A DNA stretch of 64,000 nucleotides from Bolinopsis microptera. Its lineage: Eukaryota. A program made the position numbers and the translations under genes. Position 1 is the first letter of the stretch, and every line of letters begins with the position of its first letter. Location of the stretch: contig NC_087073.1 of NCBI RefSeq assembly GCF_026151205.1, positions 19,228,658 through 19,292,657 on the forward strand, read 5' to 3'. Under the pieces are notes generated by a model. It was not told the DNA's origin and ran no database searches. It saw nothing but the letters and a program-made list of their open reading frames with translations. Below, piece by piece: positions 56,103-64,000 of this stretch.

Positions 56103-58271
56103 ATGACAGTAAAAGAGACAAACAGAAAATCAAGAGTGAAGAAATCCTCGTCATGGAAAAAGGCAGCAAATGTTCTTCGAGAACCCTTACGCCTGAACTT
56201 TAGGTGGAAAAACTTTGGAACAATTAAAGAACTGCGAGAAAAGAAGGGGGATTACCACGAGTGTAGGTACCTGTACAACTCACTAAAATCAGACCCCCTG
56301 ACCTGCTATCTGAAGACAGAGCTCCTGTGTGACGGCGTCTCTGCGTGCGCTGATGACGAGTGCGGCTGTGACCAGGGTGCCGATGTATTCTATTGTAGTG
56401 ATGGTCTGGGTTGTGTGGCTATGGACCAGGTCTGTGATGGACAGCCAGACTGTCTAGATCAGAGCGATGAGTGTGTTTGTGAGAATTACCTGAACTGCCA
56501 AACCAACAGAGTCTTCTCCAGGTGTAAAAGTAGGACAGAGCGTGCAGACAAGTGTGGGCGGGCAGGAGGTCAGCTCATCTCTAGTTCCACCTCAGATCAG
56601 GCTGGTCTGGGACTGTTAAAGTGTTTGAATACTTTTACAGAAACAGGTTGGGCCAAGAAGAAGTCAGTTCTGAAACAGTATTCTAAGAGTATGAAGCAGG
56701 CGTATAAGTCTGCATGTAGAACACAATGCCAACCTATTGAGAATCACTGCGAGTTCATCGACTGGAGCAACATAGAGATGAACCCAGCGACCAAGACACT
56801 GTCTGCGAACTACTCCTGTGGCGATGGCAGCAGCATCCCTCTCTCAGATGATATGGACGTGTGTGACGGCTACAACGATTGTCCTAACAAAGCCGATGAA
56901 ACCTTCTGCGCCTCCAGATTCTACTGTTCGGATGGAAGCAAGAGTTTGGCGCCCTCAAGGGTGTGTGACGCTGTCCCGGACTGTACCGACCTCTCGGACG
57001 AGTGTCAGACCTGTGCACGTGATAACCTCGCAGATGAGAAACATATGATAAGTAACAAATATTTGAATTATTATATGGTTATATTGTGTCTTCTGATCCT
57101 GGTCTTGAACTGCAGGGGGTTGTATGGCCATGGGGCTAGACTCAACTACATTATTCGTCACAATTCAAGAATAGACAGTGCTTTGTGCCTCCAGCTCTCA
57201 CTGTACGATTTTTTGATGGGGGTCTACCTTCTAATTATAACCCAGAAGAATTTCCAGTATTACGGCTCGTACTGCCTTCATGATGCAAGCTGGAGGTCCT
57301 CGGCAGCGTGTAACTTCAGTGGTTTCATCTTCACTCTCTCCTCTCATGGCTCCCTCATGACTGTAGTGATCATGGGAGCTATCCGCTGCTACAACTGCGA
57401 GAACATGCTCGCCTTCTTCTCTCTCAAACGCTTCCTCATCGGACTCACCCTAGGGAACTTTCTCAACATTTTTTGCAGTGCAGTTGCTCTCTTTCCCACC
57501 GAATATTTGGAGAATGTGTTCGTGACTACAATATTCTTCCAGGACAATAGACTAATGAAGAAAGGTACCAAAGCACTTATAGACGATCTTCTGAAGGAGT
57601 ACTACGGACACAACCTAACGTATGAAGTGCCTGGTTGGTCCAATAGACTGGATCTCCTCTCAAAGATCACATCAAATCCTGAATTGTTTCTTCCGACCTA
57701 CAAGTTTGGATTCTTCAACCAATCGCCTCTTTGTATCCAGAATCTCTTCTCCAATGACCCTGATGACGATCTACAGCTTCTCAAAATGCTGTATGTGAGC
57801 TTCCTTGGAGCTGTGATTCTGAGTTTCACCGTGTGCTACATCTGGATTGTGTTTATCAGGGTCAAGTCAGTTGTTCCCACAGCAAGCCCGGCCTTCAGAC
57901 GGAACACTCTGCGGAACAACAAGAAGCTTTCAAGAAAGGTTTCTTTGATTATTTCTTCACAACTAATAGCCTGGATCCCAATAATAATCGCTACCATCCT
58001 GACACTCTCTCACAAGAAGATCCCCCCTGATTTCTATGAGATGACAGCTATAGTCCTGGTCCCGGTCAACAGTTTGTTCAACCCCATCTTCCACAGTCCA
58101 CGGCACGTACCTAAGAAGACAAAGAGGGGAGCTACTTTGGTAACCATGGCGACCATGAGATCTCAAAGTACAGGAGACAACAGAGCAGCCCCGCTGTATC
58201 AACAGAGCTGGAGGACTGAGGTGAAAAGTGGAGAAGTTACCAACAATCTTGTCGGGATTGACTTAAAGTAG
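56103..58271 (+). CDS. Intronless 722-aa ORF with multiple LDL-receptor class A (LDLa) cysteine modules followed by a divergent rhodopsin-type 7TM domain (GRL101 / relaxin-receptor-like LDLa-GPCR without visible LRRs)
   Basis: LDLa consensus repeats CDGVSACADDECGC, CDGQPDCLDQSDEC, CDGYNDCPNKADETFC, CDAVPDCTDLSDEC. Seven hydrophobic segments (YMVILCLLILVL ... IVLVPVNSLFNPIFH). Degenerate E/DRY (IRC) and NPxxY (NPIFH) motifs. Confidence 0.65.
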   Translation: MTVKETNRKSRVKKSSSWKKAANVLREPLRLNFRWKNFGTIKELREKKGDYHECRYLYNSLKSDPLTCYLKTELLCDGVSACADDECGCDQGADVFYCSDGLGCVAMDQVCDGQPDCLDQSDECVCENYLNCQTNRVFSRCKSRTERADKCGRAGGQLISSSTSDQAGLGLLKCLNTFTETGWAKKKSVLKQYSKSMKQAYKSACRTQCQPIENHCEFIDWSNIEMNPATKTLSANYSCGDGSSIPLSDDMDVCDGYNDCPNKADETFCASRFYCSDGSKSLAPSRVCDAVPDCTDLSDECQTCARDNLADEKHMISNKYLNYYMVILCLLILVLNCRGLYGHGARLNYIIRHNSRIDSALCLQLSLYDFLMGVYLLIITQKNFQYYGSYCLHDASWRSSAACNFSGFIFTLSSHGSLMTVVIMGAIRCYNCENMLAFFSLKRFLIGLTLGNFLNIFCSAVALFPTEYLENVFVTTIFFQDNRLMKKGTKALIDDLLKEYYGHNLTYEVPGWSNRLDLLSKITSNPELFLPTYKFGFFNQSPLCIQNLFSNDPDDDLQLLKMLYVSFLGAVILSFTVCYIWIVFIRVKSVVPTASPAFRRNTLRNNKKLSRKVSLIISSQLIAWIPIIIATILTLSHKKIPPDFYEMTAIVLVPVNSLFNPIFHSPRHVPKKTKRGATLVTMATMRSQSTGDNRAAPLYQQSWRTEVKSGEVTNNLVGIDLK

Positions 58272-58601
58272 ATGATAGATACTTTCTAGATGCATAATAA
58301 AGGTGACCATATCAATATGTCACCTACCTATGACCACCCCTCAAATGATCAATAACTGAGAACGTAACTTTTAATTCACATTGGCTGCAGGGTATGACCT
58401 CGGCTGTGTGTGAAAAAGTGTTCAGACCTCCAGATAATGCGATTAGGGTGTGGTAGATTCATAAATTTATTTTACAAATTGTCCAATAACTGGCTCGTTT
58501 TATGCTATCTGCTTGTTCCAAAGTGAAATCATTTGATGTTGTACTTGGATAACCACCTCATTTGCTTGAAAACTGCAAATCATTGCTGAGCCCTCTTGCC
58601 T

Positions 58602-58884
58602 CAGGTCAGGGTCAGGGTCAGGGTCAGGGTCAGGGTCAGGGTCAGGGTCAGGGTCAGGGTCAGGGTCAGGGTCAGGGTCAGGGTCAGGGTCAGGGTCAGG
58701 GTCAGGGTCAGGGTCAGGGTCAGGGTCAGGGTCAGGGTCAGGGTCAGGGTCAGGGTCAGGGTCAGGGTCAGGGTCAGGGTCAGGGTCAGGGTCAGGGTCA
58801 GGGTCAGGGTCAGGGTCAGGGTCAGGGTCAGGGTCAGGGTCAGGGTCAGGGTCAGGGTCAGGGTCAGGGTCAGGGTCAGGGTCA
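58602..58884. repeat. (GGTCAG)~47 hexanucleotide microsatellite, about 330 bp downstream of the GPCR stop
   Basis: Direct reading. The overlapping ORFs (poly-DP, GQ, RV, LT) are artefacts. Confidence 0.95.
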
Positions 58885-59344
58885 TACAACGTATGACAAA
58901 CAAACCCGATTATCTTGTAAGTTTATCACGAGTATCACCCGTTAAAGATTATCTAAATCTATCAAACACCAAGGTCATGAGCCATAAACTATATGCCCAT
59001 ACTTAGGCATACGATTTCAGTCCATAAATCGGTCAAATGTCAATATTTGAAGGTCAGACTTAATTGACGATGTCAATTCATCTCAGCTCGGCGCGGCACA
59101 GTAGCGCATCACGCCGATCTAGAGAAGCCTCATCACGCCGATCTAGAGAAGCCTCATTGAGTGCGCGGCGCGGCACAGTAACGCATCGCGCTACAAGGTC
59201 AGACCAACTTTATATTAAACATATTCTTTGTCTAGAAATTTCTTCGAAGTAGCGCGAGCGCGCGCGCGCCGCTTATTTCTCGAAATGTTATGGCCATTGG
59301 CCCGATGGCTGGATGGCAAGTGCTACGAAGTAGCGCGCGCCGGG

Positions 59345-62300
59345 TGTTAAGTGGCGTACTCGGGTTTCAGCACGACAACTTACTTAACGGCCTATTTAAT
59401 GCTCCAATTTTCCATGACTTCTAGAGATTATTTATTTGTTATATTTCATTACTTTGTGATGGTATTAAATTAACTACGTATAATGGGCTCCTTTTAACTA
59501 GAGTATGGAAATTCAAGTTCCGATATTATGGAATACCTCCCGGTTTGAAACTCACTCAGGGCACAGTTCAAACCCAAACTCTCTTTGTACAGATGCATTT
59601 TTAGGACAGTAATTTCTATTGTAATTATGGATTTCAGAATTTAAGGTGAATTTATATCTGGAAGATAACCAATTAAAACAAATTAATAAAGGGTTGTAAA
59701 ATAATTGGGTTAAATAGGACTACAATATTAATTTAACTCTCATATCTCATAACTTAGTCTTAATGTCCATTTACCCCAATAATTGAAGTAGTAGCGAATG
59801 TGGCGAGGGTGAAGCGATTAAATAGGATGATTCACGAGGTCGCTGTTCCGGTTCTCTCTCTCTCTCTCAAGGAATAAGAATATAAAGTGGCGATCTGGTC
59901 TTTTCATATAGTGGAATGTCAACTAGAACTGAACCATCTTGCATGGTCATCTCGAGGATCTAACATAGTGACGAACGGTTCTCGAGGAAGGAGGGGGGAA
60001 TCAATCTGAAGTAAGATAATTATAAGTACGGAGCGTTTAAGTAGTGACAATAATCAGATTGATTAAGTTAAATTAAGGGAAAATCTATCGTAGGAACCTC
60101 TTAATGAAGACGTAATAAACTTACGAAGCAATACGACTGGTGGAGCTTAGGTGAGGACAGGCAGAGCAAGTGGGGTGGGTATCACCGTCATATTGCCTGG
60201 AAATTAATAACTATTAGAACTAATAATTAGTACACAGGAAATAACTATAATACTACAATCGTCGACTTTAACGAGTGGAAAAGTGCTATGATTATGAACG
60301 ATGGATTAAGGTTTACGTAAGATTTTTACCTCAGGAAAGGAACTCCATAGCCTAATTCTGGAAGGATCTATCGGGAACAGGTAGTACTAGTAGTGCGAGG
60401 AATCTGATGAGATATTATGTATATTAACGGCATATTAAGCATTATACGACGGAAATTGACCTAAGTACGAACTAATCTTTAAGGTCAACCTTTTGATACG
60501 AATGCAATCAATGACAATAACATGATCAAGAACTTAATCTAAATTACGAACCTATAATAGAAATGAGTAACATGTGGAGAGAGAACGGACACAGCAGAAC
60601 AAGACCCCGGGCCATGATAGGAGACAGGTGAATGCAGAAGGCGAAAGGCAGCCAGCAGCAGGCGAGCTTCCCTTTTTGTATAGTGCTGGTTGACAGGTCT
60701 TTGGGGAGTTGAAGGGGGAGTTGATTCTCATGGCACTCTTGTAACACCTCGGCTAGTTCGTCAACACAATAATCAACAATCAATGCTGTTAAAATAATTG
60801 TAAGTATTCTTTTAACTATAAGTTCTAATAAATTTGAAACTTTAACAATTTTTAAGCCACTGCTTTTCCCACCGGGAACGTCACAATTCCAAATAACTAC
60901 TAATTTACAACGGCTTAAAATACTAACTACAGCTTCACGCCGTGAGACATCTCAATCATACAAACCTTACAACTTTCAGCTTGTTACGCTGACTCCAAAT
61001 ATTTTCTAAATTGATAAAGACTTTAAATTAATCGACCGACTACCCGTCTCTCAGTACAAATATTTTATAAGATACTAATACAGGCCGTGAGATATTTGCA
61101 AACCTGTTCACCCTCAATTCACTATACCCCTACCTAACATCTCCCCGATCGAAAATTAATGACGACCACGTCATATCAAAACTATCTATAATTAAAGAAA
61201 ATGATAAATCTACAACCTTCTTTTTTTTTTTTTTCTTTTAAAAAAAAATTTTCAAAAGAACTATTAGTAATAAGGTATGCCCGTTCTTATAGTAAAAAAT
61301 CATTAATTTAAAGAACCGTATTTCTCGCGCACAACCAACAAAATTAAATATAATCGTACAAACAAACATTTGAATTACCATAAGTTAATATCTCAAAGTA
61401 AAGTCGTTGTAATTGTATGTGTCATTGTAGTGCATATTCTGGTCGTAATTATCTTTATTGTCATAGTACTGTCCGTAATTGTCCGACACAATTTGGTCAC
61501 TATTCTCAGCAGGGTTATAAGTTCCAGGGTCTACTTGTGTACTTGCATTGGTAGACAATAACTCAATTATAGTATCTAACTTGTATAACACGTCTTGGTT
61601 ACTAACAGTGGTAGTGGCATTTTCAAGCTCTATGGTTGCATTAACTTGCTGGTTGCTTTTAAACTGAGATGCATTTTTGCAGTTAATCAAAAGTTCTGCT
61701 CGCTCTAATAGCTGCTCATTGGGTAAGTCAGGGGTTTCCCTGAGTCTAGCACTAATTCCGGAATCTGTGATATTGTTGATGAAGGCGTCGCGGAGTGCGT
61801 TACTGTTATTTCTTCACAAATCTATAAATGCCTAATGCAGTAATTAATGTGCAGCCACCAGCCATATTTCACAACGTAAATTACCCCAACTTCAACAAAA
61901 TTTGTCACTTCTGGTCTTCGACCTCCTGTTACATTTCAACTGCTTCTATTCAATCATAACTTTCATTTTATGCACCCTTACTTACTTATTTATTCTTACT
62001 TAATCCATATGTGTAACCAGGCGCAGTCTGAGCTGACCCCATTCCCGCAGTTTAAAGAACTGCCCATTGCTTCCCGAGGTTCACTTTTTAATCCCCTCGA
62101 TCACAACAGCTACATTCGCTTACTAACTGGACGATCATAAAGACCAAGTCGCTTTTAGCTTATGTAGGCCCGACTGTACATTGAGCAGATCACGCAACCT
62201 TTTACATAAAAGGATGTTACGCATATGTGAACCTACCGGCAAGGGACCCAGTCTGTAGCGATGGATGACCAGTAAGTGGGATTGGCACTCCTGGGTTCCA

Positions 62301-64000
62301 CCGACGGTCTGACCCATAGAGGACTTAGCTGTCACAACTATGAACTTTGACCGTTTTCTCTTGCCTTGCCTGTTCACTAGATCTTATCTTCCAAATTTTT
62401 ATTTACTCCCTTTCTGGGTAATTTTCCACCTTTGTGGGGTTCAAAAAGATAAGATACTAGCTAGGTGTGGACTGTCGTCCACGTACCACCGTGTTCCACT
62501 TGCCTGGGGACGTATGTCCAGTCCTGGGGGTGACAAGCTCCAGGTACTGAACACCAGGTAGCCCGAAAACACGGCCGACTAGAGGGTACCAAGGCAGTGT
62601 GTTAATTCACACTTCGTTAGACACGGGAGCCTTCAGTTTCCTCTCCAGCACTATAGAAATGTTTAACGTGTCCCCGGATCCTTGCAGATCCGCCTCCCCC
62701 TGTTAAGGACTGGGATTATAAGGAGCTCATCCCTCTTCCCAATCCCTTATTTCCCAGCATGATTCCACCATGCCAACTTTAACAACATCACTTCTATCTC
62801 AAATCACTTCTCTATGTATCTACTTCATTTAAAATATCTTCCCTTCTTCTTCACGTCCGCATACCCTATTACACTAAATCATCTTTATTTTTTAAACAAC
62901 AAACCCTTTATCAAATCTCCCTCTGTCTCATCATAATTAAAATATCTTCTCTTCTTCACGTCCGCATACCCTATTAGTATTACGCTAAATCATCTTTATT
63001 TTTAAACAACAAATCCCTTATCAAATCTCCCTCTGTATCATATCTTCTCTTCTTCACGTCCGCATACCCTATTACGCTAAATCATGTTGCCAATCTTAGT
63101 TTCAAAGTTCGAAGGGTCGTACTGAATCCGAAGTGTTTCTAACCACCAAGCGCGCTTTTGGCGGTATCACAACACTCAAATAACAGATAAGAAGCCCATC
63201 TACTTATTAAAACTAACACCTTGTCAACAACCATTATAGCACCTCCTCCCAATAAACTTCACAACATCTTCTAAACCCCGTATCCCTTAGCCGGCTAATA
63301 ATTTATACTGCAGTTTAATATATCTCCCCATAATATAATTGTCTCACATTTCAACATCTCATTATAACATAATCTCATTATCTCGTAACATCATACATCT
63401 CTCGTATCATTCCCATCTTTACCTAATTATACGGCCGTATATAATATCATCACAACTTACCCACGATATCTCATAATTACTTTTCAACTTCTACACTAAA
63501 CAATTCTCTCTTCAACCTACTTCCTCTGCTGTGACTTCATCATTTTATGGCGATGGCTGCAACAACTAATATCAATGTAAATAAACAAATTGCACTAACG
63601 GTGCACTAACAAAACAAACTAAGGTTTGGTGTCTCTTCCAGATTTTTTGAAAATTTTGCTAGAAAATTTTGTACAGAGAGAGCCGCATTAGGGCTACATT
63701 GTTAAGTGGCGTACTCGGGTTTCAGCACGACAACTTACTTAACGGCCTATTTAATGCTCCAATTTTCCATGACTTCTAGAGATTATTTATTTGTTATATT
63801 TCATTACTTTGTGATGGTATTAAATTAACTACGTATAATGGGCTCCTTTTAACTAGAGTATGGAAATTCAAGTTCCGATATTATGGAATACCTCCCGGTT
63901 TGAAACTCACTCAGGGCACAGTTCAAACCCAAACTCTCTTTGTACAGATGCATTTTTAGGACAGTAATTTCTATTGTAATTATGGATTTCAGAATTTAAG
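59345..64000 (+). mobile_element. Candidate non-autonomous terminal-direct-repeat element (LTR-like repeats of at least 300 bp at 59345-59650 and 63700-64000, starting TGTTAAG). No gag/pol ORFs inside. The right repeat is cut off by the window end.
   Basis: The two repeats read identically, 4355 bp apart. The interior has only short ORFs plus a roughly 70-bp x3 tandem array (62790-63080) and a purine-rich run just before the second repeat. Confidence 0.45.

Noticed and set aside
1-64000. Prokaryotic-style system (operon, defence island, CRISPR-Cas)
   Set aside because: The sequence is clearly eukaryotic: spliced genes with GT-AG introns, LINE/LTR/PLE retroelements, microsatellites. No operon-like gene arrays or CRISPR.

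Overview
This window is eukaryotic nuclear DNA, most likely from an invertebrate metazoan (lineage guess is low confidence). It is not prokaryotic: it has spliced multi-exon genes with GT-AG introns, micro- and minisatellites and many retroelements. Several host genes can be recognised by eye. A multi-exon WD40 gene with clear similarity to PWP2 lies on the minus strand (at least 12.9-22.2 kb), with introns full of repeats and TE fragments. A pentraxin-domain ORF fused to a tandem-repeat coiled-coil region (8.4-9.8 kb, plus strand) is broken by one frameshift and one in-frame stop. On the minus strand an intronless MSS4/RABIF-like gene (29.7-30.2 kb) sits about 2 kb from a six-exon Rab3-like GTPase gene (32.2-34.4 kb), followed by an intronless MRPL41-like gene (35.0-35.3 kb). 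An intronless LDLa-repeat / 7TM GPCR-like ORF lies on the plus strand (56.1-58.3 kb). The rest is repeat-rich. There is an apparently intact, very young Ty1/copia LTR retrotransposon (208-5921; identical 190-bp LTRs, 5-bp ATCCT target-site duplication). There are 5'-truncated LINE copies: one family at 19.9-20.3 kb and 23.9-26.3 kb, a FADD-type ORF2 at 43.0-45.2 kb and an RTE-like tail at 49.0-49.5 kb. Two diverged free-standing ORFs (17.9-18.7 kb and 35.8-36.5 kb) carry a CX2-5CXXC zinc motif plus a GIY-YIG nuclease domain of Penelope-like-element type without any RT; the first has an inverted partial duplicate. A foldback-like composite element built of 10-12-bp subrepeats occurs at two loci (10.2-11.4 kb inside a minisatellite; 24.6-25.5 kb splitting a LINE RT ORF). 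A 2.1-kb direct tandem duplication (36.7-40.95 kb) runs into a 1.43-kb imperfect palindrome bounded by TTAA (40.87-42.30 kb). Several short dispersed repeat families, a tRNA-derived SINE-like head, a non-coding terminal-direct-repeat element (59.3-64.0 kb) and many satellites, including a (GGTCAG)~47 hexanucleotide array, complete the picture. The most unusual items are the RT-less GIY-YIG ORF family, the foldback element, the TTAA-bounded palindrome, and a four-fold tandem copy of the Rab3 exon-4 donor junction.
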